Shown piece after piece: positions 19,617 to 29,388 of a stretch of 47,716 nt of DNA. Origin of the DNA: an uncultured Clostridium sp. (GTDB taxonomy: Bacteria; Bacillota; Clostridia; TANB77; CAG-508); NCBI GenBank assembly GCA_945919455.1, contig CAMEJH010000006.1, positions 1-47,716 on the forward strand, in the 5' to 3' direction. Numbering within the stretch: the first letter of the stretch is position 1; each line of letters begins with the position of its first letter. The notes beneath the pieces are model-generated. The model ran no database searches, was not told the origin of the DNA, and saw nothing but the letters and a program-made list of their open reading frames with translations. Both the position numbers and the translations under genes were made by a program.

Positions 19617-21701
19617 CTAATCCTCTCTAATAATGTTTTTACTTCCTATATATGTTGCCATAAAATATGTGCCATATATCACTCCCATAAACAAGATTGT
19701 TGCTATAATAGATGGAATCAATTCCTTTGAATCCGCAATTCCTGATAATATAATAAGTATAAATTGTATTCCAAAAATAGAGTGAATAATTGCTAAAACA
19801 AGTGGTAATCCAAAGAATATTCCTATTTGTCTAAATAATGCTTGATTTATCATTTTTTCATCACAACCAATTTTTCTTAAAATTGTATATCTTTGCTTGT
19901 TATCTGAACTTTCTGTTAATTGTTTTAATGCAAGAATTGCTGAACTTGCTATTAAAAATATTATTCCTAAATAAATTGCTATGAATGTTACTATTGTTGA
20001 TATTCCTACACTTGATTCTATAATTACAATTTTAGTCATTCCATCTAGACTTAATCCTTTATCTGCTAAATTTTGAATAAGCCCAGAATTATCACTTGAA
20101 AATATTTCTTCTATTCTTTCTTTTTCTTCATCTGAATCAGTATTATAATTTGCAATTAATAATTTCTGTTCTTTCATCTCTTCAGTTAATGGACAATCAT
20201 CTGGAACTATTATTATTCCTGTATTAGTATGGCTTGTTGACATCAATATATAACCACTCTTGCACTCATTATATTTTGATTTATATTCTTTTCCTGCAAT
20301 TTGTAATATATTTTCATTTTCTAATACTTGATTTCTCATTGCTATCATTCCATCAAAATTACAAACTACAATATATTCATCAACATTTAATTCATATTCA
20401 TCTATTCCATAAGCACGGGCTACTTTATTATAGTCTGATATTTTTACAATTTGTTCTGCTGTACCAAAATTAAAAAATGAATATTGTTCTTTTATCTCAC
20501 TTAATTTAGATTTGAAGAAATCTTCACCTGTTAATTCATTGCTTGCATATATTGGTATTTCTATTACATCTTTTAATAGGTTCATATCAAATCCATTATT
20601 TTTCAAAGTTTCTTCTATTGTAACTCTAGAATTTTCTCTTTGTTCTTTTGTTGTAGTTATTTCTTTTCCATATCTCATGTATTTTTCAGGCAAATTAGCT
20701 GTTTTATATAAATTCAAATCTACTGGTGTCATCTCTTTTAAATCTCTTTGCATTGTGTTTCTCAATGATAAGCTTGATGATAAAATTGTAATTGTCATAA
20801 ATAGCATTAAGCAAATAACACTCATACTTGCTACAGTTGTATTAATTTTATTATTTATTTGCCTTAATACAAACATATTTGTACCTTTTAGATAAGTGTT
20901 TTTTCTCTTTTGAACTATTTGTAATATAAATCCAGATAAAGACCAAAAAACACAAAATGTTCCTATTGTTCCCATTAAAATTGGTGGCAACATGCTAATA
21001 AATGTACTTAATGTTTTTGCTTCAACTGTTACTTTATAATAAGCAATACCTAATAATATACACGCCATTATAAATATTATGACTGAAACAAAAGGATTTT
21101 TAATTTTTATTTTTTCATTCTTTTTATTTGCATTTAATAAATTTATCAACTTATATCTTGAAACTGTCATTGTGTTAAAAATCATTACAGCTATATACAT
21201 TATTGCAAAATATATACAAGTTTTTATACAAGCATTTTTTGAAAATACAAATTGAAATTTGCTCATATCAGCTTCAAACGTTTTAGCAACAAGTATGGAC
21301 ATAAATTGTGATGCAAATACTCCTACTACAAGCCCTGCTGCAAGTGATATTATTCCAACAAATATTGTTTCTAATAATATAATTTTAGATATTTGTCTTT
21401 TTCCCATTCCTAATGTCATATATATACCAAATTCTTTTTTTCTCCTATTAATTAAGAAATTATTAGCATATACAATCAATAAGGCTAAAATAACAGCTAC
21501 AAATATAGAAACATATCCAAGCATACTAATCATAAGTTTAATTATTTCTTTTTGAGATTGTGATACTGTAAGCATTGCCTGTTGACTATCTAAAGAGTTA
21601 AACATATAGAAAATTGCTACTCCCAACATTAGAGTTAGAAAATAAATGCTATAATCTTTAAAACTTTTTTTCATATTTTTTAATGATAGTTTAAAGTACA
21701 T
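19617..21701 (-). CDS. BceB-like FtsX-family ABC permease (antimicrobial peptide resistance)
   Basis: 694 aa, about 10 TM segments with a large extracellular loop; RRKKEFGIYMTLGM. Confidence 0.88.
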   Translation of the reverse strand: MYFKLSLKNMKKSFKDYSIYFLTLMLGVAIFYMFNSLDSQQAMLTVSQSQKEIIKLMISMLGYVSIFVAVILALLIVYANNFLINRRKKEFGIYMTLGMGKRQISKIILLETIFVGIISLAAGLVVGVFASQFMSILVAKTFEADMSKFQFVFSKNACIKTCIYFAIMYIAVMIFNTMTVSRYKLINLLNANKKNEKIKIKNPFVSVIIFIMACILLGIAYYKVTVEAKTLSTFISMLPPILMGTIGTFCVFWSLSGFILQIVQKRKNTYLKGTNMFVLRQINNKINTTVASMSVICLMLFMTITILSSSLSLRNTMQRDLKEMTPVDLNLYKTANLPEKYMRYGKEITTTKEQRENSRVTIEETLKNNGFDMNLLKDVIEIPIYASNELTGEDFFKSKLSEIKEQYSFFNFGTAEQIVKISDYNKVARAYGIDEYELNVDEYIVVCNFDGMIAMRNQVLENENILQIAGKEYKSKYNECKSGYILMSTSHTNTGIIIVPDDCPLTEEMKEQKLLIANYNTDSDEEKERIEEIFSSDNSGLIQNLADKGLSLDGMTKIVIIESSVGISTIVTFIAIYLGIIFLIASSAILALKQLTESSDNKQRYTILRKIGCDEKMINQALFRQIGIFFGLPLVLAIIHSIFGIQFILIILSGIADSKELIPSIIATILFMGVIYGTYFMATYIGSKNIIRED

Positions 21702-22458
21702 CGTTTAGCTCACCCCCAAGAAGTGTAACTACCTCAATTATTTTTTCAAAGAATTGTTTTCTAGTGTCATTTCCTTTTATTAATTCATTAAAAATTTTTC
21801 CATCTTTAATAAATAAAATTCTTTCTGCATAACTTGCTGTGAATGCATCATGTGTTACCATTAAAATTGTTGCATTCATTCTTTCATTTAAATATTCAAA
21901 ATTTTCTAATAATTGCCTTGCAGATTTTGAGTCTAATGCTCCTGTTGGTTCATCTGCTAATACTAACTTTGGATTTGTTATTATTGCTCTTGCTGAGGCA
22001 ATTCTTTGTTTTTGCCCTCCTGATACTTGATATGGGTATTTATTTAAAACATCTTCTATTCCTAACTTTTTTGAAATTTCTTTTACTCTTTTGTCTATTT
22101 CTCTAGGATTTACTCTTTGTATTGTTAGTGCTAAAGCAATATTTTCATATGCTGTTAATGTATCAAGTAAATTGAAGTCTTGAAATATAAAGCCTAATTC
22201 TTCTCTTCTAAATTTATTTAGCTTATTTCCTTTTAATTTTGTAATATCTTGATCGTTAATGATTATTTTTCCTGCTGTTACTCTATCTATTGTAGAAATG
22301 CAATTTAATAATGTTGTTTTTCCACTTCCTGAAGCTCCCATAATCCCAACAAATTCTCCTTGATTCACATCAAAACTTATGTTGTCTATTGCTTTTGTTA
22401 AATTTGATTTGTTTCCATAGTATTTTTCTATGTTTTTTACTTCTAAAACTTTTTCCAT
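21691..22458 (-). CDS. BceA-like ABC ATP-binding protein
   Basis: GASGSGKT, VSGGQKQR, LADEPTGALDS. Confidence 0.92.
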   Translation of the reverse strand: MEKVLEVKNIEKYYGNKSNLTKAIDNISFDVNQGEFVGIMGASGSGKTTLLNCISTIDRVTAGKIIINDQDITKLKGNKLNKFRREELGFIFQDFNLLDTLTAYENIALALTIQRVNPREIDKRVKEISKKLGIEDVLNKYPYQVSGGQKQRIASARAIITNPKLVLADEPTGALDSKSARQLLENFEYLNERMNATILMVTHDAFTASYAERILFIKDGKIFNELIKGNDTRKQFFEKIIEVVTLLGGELNDVL

Positions 22459-22479
22459 TTTTATACCTCCACTAAAATA

Positions 22480-22541
22480 GTAAATTGGTGCCGGGCCTTT
22501 TTTTACGTTTTTTTCATAAATTGGTGCCGGACCTTTTTTGC
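22480..22541. repeat. Tandem pair of the ~30-bp dispersed repeat
   Basis: TAAATTGGTGCCGGGCCTTTTTTTACG and TAAATTGGTGCCGGACCTTTTTTGCG. Confidence 0.8.
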
Positions 22542-22597
22542 GTTTTTTTACTTTTCTATAGTATAACTTCGTTTTTTCTTAATTTCCATCGATTTTG

Positions 22598-22623
22598 CTT
22601 ACAAGAAACTTACATTTCTGTAA
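22598..22623 (-). promoter_or_regulatory. Putative BceR-type response regulator binding site
   Basis: TTACA-N4-TGTAA inverted repeat (22610-22623) plus a second half-site CTTACA (22598-22603) upstream of the ATPase gene. Confidence 0.65.
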
Positions 22624-22660
22624 CTTAAACTTTTTTATATTTTTTTATATTTTTTTGATG

Positions 22661-22790
22661 TTGACAACTTTGAATTAAAAGTGTATAATAAAAATAGAAA
22701 ATGAAAAGCCACAGAAATGTGTGCTACCTAAAGTTTAGATATACACCACATTGCTAGGCGAAGCAAAATGTGGTGTAATTTTATTTTTCC
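22661..22790 (+). ncRNA. Orphan small transcription unit (consensus promoter, ~90-nt RNA, terminator hairpin)
   Basis: TTGACA-17-TATAAT (22661-22689); hairpin TACACCACATT/AATGTGGTGTA (22742-22777) followed by a T-rich tract. Confidence 0.55.
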
Positions 22791-22825
22791 TTTTTTATAA
22801 AAGTCAAGCGAACAGCTAACTTTTT

Positions 22826-23842
22826 TTATATACTATAATAGCTTTCTTTTCCAAATATCAATTTAACTTCTGTATTCTCATTTTCAATAGAGTTTAATGT
22901 AATTCCAATCCCTAATTTATTACACAATTTCTTACATAGATATAAGCCTATGCCTGTAGACTTTTTCCCATTTAATCTTCCATTTGTCCCTGTAAAACCT
23001 TTTTCAAATACTCTTGTAATCTCTCCTTTTCTAATTCCAATTCCATTATCTCGTATATAAAGACAAGTATTTTCTTTGTTTTCTTTAGAATAAATTTCTA
23101 TTTCGTTTTCTCCATCTTCTTTTTTATATTTAATACTGTTTTGTATTATTTGATTTAGCATAAATATTACCCATTTATTATCTGTTCCTACTATCGTATC
23201 TACATCATGAATATTTATTTTTATCTTTTCTTGTATTAAGACATTTTTATTTTTCTTTATTGTTTCATTTACAATATCTTTTAAATTACATTTTTTGATG
23301 CAATAATCTTTTTCTACTGTGTTACTTCTTGCATAAAATAATGCTTGTTCTGTATAATTTTCTATTTTGTCTAATTCTTCATTTATACTAATAGTCACAG
23401 GTGTTTTATTATTTTCTATTATCATTTTGCTTGCTGCTATTGGAATTTTTATTTCGTGTATCCAAAGTTCTATATATTCTTTGTAGTCTTCTTGCAAATA
23501 TTTATATTTATTTACATTTTCTAACATTGATTTATCTGTTTCTTCTAAAATATTTTTTAATACTTTTCCTTCTGAAAAATTGGGCTCATTCATAATTTCT
23601 GCAATTAAATATTTTTCTTTTAGATCTTCTAAGTTTTTTAGAGCCATATCATAAAATTTCTTTTTATTAAAGTATTCTACAGCAATTCCTATTGAATATG
23701 CCAAAAATAGAACTACTGGTATATAAATTTTAATTGTTGTTCCAAATGAATATATCATTAAGAGTATTTCTATTGTTATTATTGAAAATATTAGTAGAAT
23801 TATTGTTATTATTTTATCTTTTAAAAATTCTTTAAATTTCAT
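22826..23842 (-). CDS. BceS/GraS-like intramembrane-sensing histidine kinase
   Basis: Two N-terminal TMs, WIHEIKIP H-box, DNGIGI, FEKGFTG, STGIGLYL. Confidence 0.92.
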   Translation of the reverse strand: MKFKEFLKDKIITIILLIFSIITIEILLMIYSFGTTIKIYIPVVLFLAYSIGIAVEYFNKKKFYDMALKNLEDLKEKYLIAEIMNEPNFSEGKVLKNILEETDKSMLENVNKYKYLQEDYKEYIELWIHEIKIPIAASKMIIENNKTPVTISINEELDKIENYTEQALFYARSNTVEKDYCIKKCNLKDIVNETIKKNKNVLIQEKIKINIHDVDTIVGTDNKWVIFMLNQIIQNSIKYKKEDGENEIEIYSKENKENTCLYIRDNGIGIRKGEITRVFEKGFTGTNGRLNGKKSTGIGLYLCKKLCNKLGIGITLNSIENENTEVKLIFGKESYYSI

Positions 23843-23854
23843 AGTTTTGCCTTT

Positions 23855-24526
23855 CTAATTTAATATATATCCTTGTCCTCTTTTCGTTTCTATTAATTCC
23901 TTTAGGCCTAGTTCTTCTAATTTATTTTTTAATCTTGTCATATTAACTGTTAAGGTATTGTCATCAATAAAGCTTTCACTGTCCCATAAGTAGCTCATTA
24001 TATCTTCTCTTGACACAATTTGACCTCTTTTTCCAACTAAAAAATGTAAGATTTTTATTTCATTTTTTGTTAGTTCTAATATTTTTCCGTCTTTTTCTAT
24101 TGTACTTTTTGAAATATTTAGTATAAATTGCTTACAGTCTATTTTGTTTTGATTTGTTTCTATCTTATTTGTTCTTCTTAATATAGATGATATTTTTGCT
24201 AATAATATTTGTATATTAAATGGTTTTGTTACATAATGATCTGCTCCATAATTTATACTTAATAATTCATCTATTTCGTTGTCTCGGCTTGTTACTATTA
24301 TTATCGGAACTTCTGATTCTTTTCTAATTTCTTTGCAAATGTATTCCCCATCTGTAAATGGTAAATTTATGTCTAATAATATTAAGTCTGCTTGTTCTTC
24401 TAAAATGTCTTGTACTGCATTATCAAATTTTTTTAGTATTACTGCTTGATATCCATTTTTTTCTAAAAATATTTTTAATTCATTTCTTAGTTTTTCATCA
24501 TCTTCTACTATTAATATTTTTTGCAT
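23855..24526 (-). CDS. BceR/GraR-like OmpR-family response regulator
   Basis: ILIVEDD, LLDINLP, KPF, DDNTLTVN, TKRGQGY. Confidence 0.93.
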   Translation of the reverse strand: MQKILIVEDDEKLRNELKIFLEKNGYQAVILKKFDNAVQDILEEQADLILLDINLPFTDGEYICKEIRKESEVPIIIVTSRDNEIDELLSINYGADHYVTKPFNIQILLAKISSILRRTNKIETNQNKIDCKQFILNISKSTIEKDGKILELTKNEIKILHFLVGKRGQIVSREDIMSYLWDSESFIDDNTLTVNMTRLKNKLEELGLKELIETKRGQGYILN

Positions 24527-24649
24527 TTTATCATCTCCAAGTTAATTATAACATATAAAAGAAAAAATAACCTTACAATTTAGTAAGATTATTTTTTCGT
24601 TATTATGATACATGAGTGTCAATATTAAAATAAAATTTAATATTGACTT

Positions 24650-26822
24650 TTAAATTGGGTAACCGCCTCCAAAAATATATATTTCTCCATTTTCATCTAT
24701 TATTATTGTCCAACAACCATTTGCTGATATTTTTGATGATTTTTCATTATATAGTTCGTTTCCAGATATGTCACTTATACATATAGGCTCATTTATATCA
24801 TTTGTGGTTCCATCTCCTAATTGTCCCTTCCAATTATATCCCCATGTATATACTTTTCCATATTCATCTATTACTACTGTATGAGAACTTCCTGCCGATA
24901 TTTCTTTTATTTTGACTTTATTTAATAGATTTGTTGATATATCGCTAATACATATTGGAACGTTACTATTTGTAGTCGTTCCAGTTCCTAATTGCCCACT
25001 ATCATTATATCCCCATGTATATACTTTTCCATCTTCATCTATTGCTATTGTATGAGAACCTCCTGTAGATATTTTTTCTATGTTGACCAAATTTGCTGAA
25101 ATATCACTTATACATATTGGTGTATTACTATCATCATTTGTTCCATCTCCTAATTGGCCAGAATAATTATCTCCCCATGAATATACTTTTCCGTCCTCGG
25201 ATATTGCTACTGTATGATTTCCTCCTGCCGATATTTCTTTTACTTTGACTTTATTTAATAGATTTGTTGATATATCACTTATACATATAGGTACATTTAT
25301 ATCATTTGTGGTTCCATCTCCTAATTGTCCACTCTTATTTTTTCCCCATGCATATACTTTTCCATCTTCATCTATTGCTACAGTATGATTGTATCCTGCT
25401 GATATTTCTTTTATATTGACTTTATTTAATGGATTTGTTGGAATATCACTTATACATATTGGAATATTACTATTATTATTTGTTCCATCACCTAATTGCC
25501 CTTCATAATTTCTTCCCCATGTATATACTTTTCCTTTTTCATCTAATGCTACTGTATGAGAACCTCCTGATGATATTTTTTCAATATTTTTTCCTTTTAG
25601 CATCAACTCTAATTGATTGTAATTTACAAACTCATTATCATCAACATTATAAATACTTCCATTTTCTAACAATATCATTTCTGTATCATCGCTTGTATAA
25701 ATTATATTAACTATGTTTTCGTTCTTTAAGGCTTCAAATTTGTCATTGATACATATTAGCTGATTTTCTGGTTCAAGATAATATGCTTTTCCATTTTCTA
25801 ATATTATTTCTCCATCATATCCTATATTAATTATTTTTTCATTTTTTATCTCATCAAACATTTCATTAATGCATGTTAATTGACTTTCTGATTCAGGATA
25901 ATATGCTTTTCCATTTTCTAATATTATAGCTCCATTCATATTAACTATTTTTTCATTCTTTAACTCATCAAACATTTCGTTAATACATTTTAGTTGGCTT
26001 TCTGATTCAGGATAATATGCTTTTCCATTTTCTAATATTATTATGTATCTATTTATATTAACTATTTTTTCATTTTTTAACTCATCAAACATTTCGTTAA
26101 TACATATTAGTTGTTCTCCTGGTTCAGAATAATATGCTTTTCCATTTTCTAATATTATTTCTCCATTGTATCCCACATCAACTATTTTTTCATCCTTTAG
26201 TTCTTCAAATTTATCATTAATACATATTAATTTGTTATCTGGTAGAACTTCACATGCTTTTCCGTTTTCTAATACTAGCATTATCAAGCTGTCTACATTC
26301 ACTATATTTATTATCTTTTTATTATATAATTTATATGTTTCATTTGATGCTTTAGCAAAAGAATAAACATCTCCATTTGAATCTACTCCGATATTCAACT
26401 GAATGTTCTTCTCCTGAGCCTGCTTTCCATAGTGTTCTTACTATTTTATCTGTATCTATTTCTGTTGAATATCCTCTATATGTTACTTCTATCTTGCCTT
26501 CTTCGGCATTAGCAGTTACTTGTACTTTTTTGTCTTTCTCTTTTAATATGTCTTTTAATCTTGAAGCTTGTTCATTAATGTCAATTCCTTCTAAATTTTT
26601 GTCCATGTATACTTTTCCCCAAGCCACATTTATCTCTTCCTTTATTTCTCCTAATGTTGTTTCGTCTTTTGATTTTTTAGCCTGTGTTATTATTCCATTT
26701 TCTCCTCCTAACATAGAAATACTTACAGCTGCTAAAATTAGCAAAACTACTATAGTAACTACTAGAGCTATTAGAGTTATTCCCTTTTGTTTCTTTTGAT
26801 TTAAAAATCCTACTTTTTTCAT
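24650..26822 (-). CDS. Pilin-like surface protein with ~40-aa repeats and RCC1 beta-propeller repeats, read through one +1 shift at CGGA (26387-26390); ~723 aa
   Basis: N-terminal KG|ITLIALVVTIVVLL ORF joins the RCC1 ORF as ...EEHSVEY-GVDSNGDVYSF; ISAG-HT-AIDEDGKVY-WG-N--GQLG repeats. Confidence 0.8.
24730..25585 (-). repeat. Five RCC1-like coding repeats (~55-58 aa), similar at DNA level
   Basis: Repeated GKVY(T/A/S)WGxNxxGQLGxGTxxxxNxPICISDI. Confidence 0.85.
25735..26285 (-). repeat. Four to five ~39-40-aa coding repeats
   Basis: Repeated ILENGKAYYxExExQLxCINEMFDELKNEKIVNI; DNA 'aatatgcttttccattttctaatattat' recurs. Confidence 0.85.
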
Positions 26823-26990
26823 AATTTCATCCTCCGTTTATTCTTTTTGAGAACGTTTTATTGCTCTTGTTTTAATTATACTTTATATGTCGATTTTTGG
26901 CAAGCATAATATTAACACTAATTAAAAAAAACACATATCTACAGCCTCATAACTGCACAATATGTGTTTTTTGTTTGTATAAAATATTAT

Positions 26991-28832
26991 TTAATAATTT
27001 GTTATCTGAGTTGACCCTAATAACCAATTCAATATATTAATTACTTTATAATTATCAGAATTATCGACTGTAATTATTATCTTATATCCCCATTGAAGCT
27101 CACTATAGTAAGTATATATAATCTTTGTTTCATTATCAGAAGAAATGCTAGTTCGTAGCCAATTTAACCCTGAATTTGTAGTAAATTTAGTTCCAGAATA
27201 ATCAGGTCCCTCATATCTTTTAGAAACAGTTGTACAATATTCTTCTTCACTATCGCATATTATGTCTTCTGGTTCATAAATTTCTATTTTCATATTTGAC
27301 TTTATTATTTCTTTTGTGTCTGGATCTATTCCTGTTGCTAGACCTGTTATCGTTGTAGAAAGTTCTCCTTTTCTTGCTCCTCTAAGTTTTCCTCCGTCTT
27401 CTTGTAAAGTAAATATTGTTGGATATTTAAATTTTATTCCTGGTGCCCAGTACTCTGTCCAAGACATTGTAGATGCATAATTATCTACTTTTGCCTCATT
27501 ATTTGTTATTTCTATAGTACTAGTATTATCAGATGTTTGGTCATTATTTTTATTATTTTCTAATGATGTTTCTTCTAATTTTCCAGCCTCTTTTTCTTCA
27601 CTGCTTTTTATTATAGTTGGCTTTTCTGCAGAAACAAGTTGGAATTTAGAATATTCATTATTTTCATTTAATTTTATTATTACTGTATTTTGGTAAATAT
27701 TATAATCATTTATATCTACATCAAAAATTGATTCTTCTCCTAAATAGCAATATGTAAATGTTACGGTGTATAGACCTCCACAATATGACATATTTGTTAC
27801 ATCTATACATTCACCAGTTAAGCTTAAGTCAAATCCATTTTTAGGTACAAAATATTTTATACCATTTTCTTCAACTATTTTGTAGAAATCCTCTTCTTTA
27901 AAGTTTTCAATTTTTTCTCCACAGAAACTATCTAGCATTTTGTTTATATCGTCTACTTTAATCCCCTCATTTATTTCTGTTTCAATGGCTTTAGTTTCTA
28001 GTTTGTCAGCTAGTGATAATAGGCCTGTAGCTAAATATATTTTACATTCATCTTCTGTAAATCCTTGGACTTTATTTGTATATCCTGCTACATTTCCTAA
28101 AAATTCTTTTAATTCTATTTCAGAAATTTTATTTAGGGCTTCTTTTTCTCCAGAAACCGTGATTGATTTAGTATTTAAGTCTATTGTAATTGTTGTTATT
28201 AAATCTGAATTTGCCTTATATATTTCTAATTTTAGGGTATTATCTTTTTTATTATAATTAGATAATTTTAATTTTTCTGTATATGTAACATTTTTTTCAT
28301 TTTCTTTTTCAGCTTTTAAACTTATTTGCTCACATAATTTCTTTTTAGAAGAATCGTATACTTTATATTTTAGTGGAACTGTATTTTTATCTTCTTCTAG
28401 TTCTCTTTCATTTACATTTATAAATAGCTGAGCTTCTTTATCTTTTACTTGTAATCTTGCAATTTGTATTTCTATATTTTCAGTTATTTTAATTGGTTCA
28501 TAAGATATCGTTATGTCTCTATCTGATAATAATTCATCTTTATCATCTATTGTTGTTTTCTCTCCTGTTGCTAAATATTTTATCATAAAAAATACATTAC
28601 CATAGCCTTGTGTTGATGCATATACATTTGCTGCACCAAATATAATTACTACACTAGCCACAGCAGCAACTAATTTTGGGTATTTAAAATTAAACTTTTT
28701 ATGTTCTTTTTTGATCTTAACATTTTCATTTAAAAAATTGTTAAACACATCATCTGCTTTTTTTGATATTAATTTATCTTTTTCCAACTTTTCTTTTATG
28801 TATGCATCTTTTAAATTATCCACAGTATTCAC
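26991..28832 (-). CDS. Putative anti-sigma factor (single TM, large extracellular region)
   Basis: Overlaps the end of the ECF sigma gene; TM LVAAVASVVIIFGAANVYA after a short cytoplasmic N-terminus; start may be GTG at 28823. Confidence 0.6.
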   Translation of the reverse strand: MNTVDNLKDAYIKEKLEKDKLISKKADDVFNNFLNENVKIKKEHKKFNFKYPKLVAAVASVVIIFGAANVYASTQGYGNVFFMIKYLATGEKTTIDDKDELLSDRDITISYEPIKITENIEIQIARLQVKDKEAQLFINVNERELEEDKNTVPLKYKVYDSSKKKLCEQISLKAEKENEKNVTYTEKLKLSNYNKKDNTLKLEIYKANSDLITTITIDLNTKSITVSGEKEALNKISEIELKEFLGNVAGYTNKVQGFTEDECKIYLATGLLSLADKLETKAIETEINEGIKVDDINKMLDSFCGEKIENFKEEDFYKIVEENGIKYFVPKNGFDLSLTGECIDVTNMSYCGGLYTVTFTYCYLGEESIFDVDINDYNIYQNTVIIKLNENNEYSKFQLVSAEKPTIIKSSEEKEAGKLEETSLENNKNNDQTSDNTSTIEITNNEAKVDNYASTMSWTEYWAPGIKFKYPTIFTLQEDGGKLRGARKGELSTTITGLATGIDPDTKEIIKSNMKIEIYEPEDIICDSEEEYCTTVSKRYEGPDYSGTKFTTNSGLNWLRTSISSDNETKIIYTYYSELQWGYKIIITVDNSDNYKVINILNWLLGSTQITNY

Positions 28833-29338
28833 CTTCCTCCTTTTTTAATATTGTATAAATTTTATCTCTTGCTCTTGATAATCTTGACTTAACTGTACCT
28901 TCTGGAATATTTAGAATATTTGCTATTTCTGCTACTGGCAAATCATCATAATAATATAAAACAACTACTGTTTTTAAATTATCTTCTAGTTGTTTTAATA
29001 CATTTTCTAATTCTGATTCACTACAATACATATCATAATAAGCATCTTCTTCTATCTGCATTTTTTCATTAAGATATGTAATTTTCTTATTTTTTCTTAT
29101 TATGTCATAACATTTATTAATTAAAATTTTAATTATCCAACTTGAAAAATATTGTGGTTCTCTAAGCGATTTCAAGTTCTTGTAAGCGCTTACCAAGGTT
29201 TCTTGAATCGCATCACATACATCATCATCATTTTTCAGTATAGACATTCCGTGTTTTATATAACTTATATTTTACAGTTTCTATCAGTCTTGTAAATGCT
29301 TCATTATCTCCATCTTTTGCTAGTTCTAAATCTTCCAT
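28816..29338 (-). CDS. ECF sigma-70 factor, read through one +1 shift at CGGA (29248-29251); ~173 aa
   Basis: AGGAGG RBS, ATG 29338 MEDLELAKDGDNEAFTRLIETVKYKLYKT-GMSILKNDDDVCDAIQET...EGTVKSRLSRAR. Confidence 0.85.
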
Positions 29339-29354
29339 TTTTATCCTCCTAAAA

Positions 29355-29385
29355 CTTAGACTCTTTAATTTACATAATGGTTCAA
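29355..29385 (-). promoter_or_regulatory. Putative autoregulatory ECF promoter
   Basis: TGAACC-17 bp-GTCTAA directly upstream of the sigma RBS. Confidence 0.55.
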
Positions 29386-29388
29386 TTT

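Noticed and set aside
22480-22541. Tandem repeats here and at 46137-46200 as mini-CRISPR arrays
   Set aside because: Only two units each, almost no spacer and no cas genes.
18563-29251. Homopolymer phase variation or ordinary pseudogenisation as the cause of the split genes
   Set aside because: No mononucleotide or short tandem tract at any junction, the same C-GGA context at all four sites and no other lesions. A systematic sequencing artefact cannot be excluded without reads.
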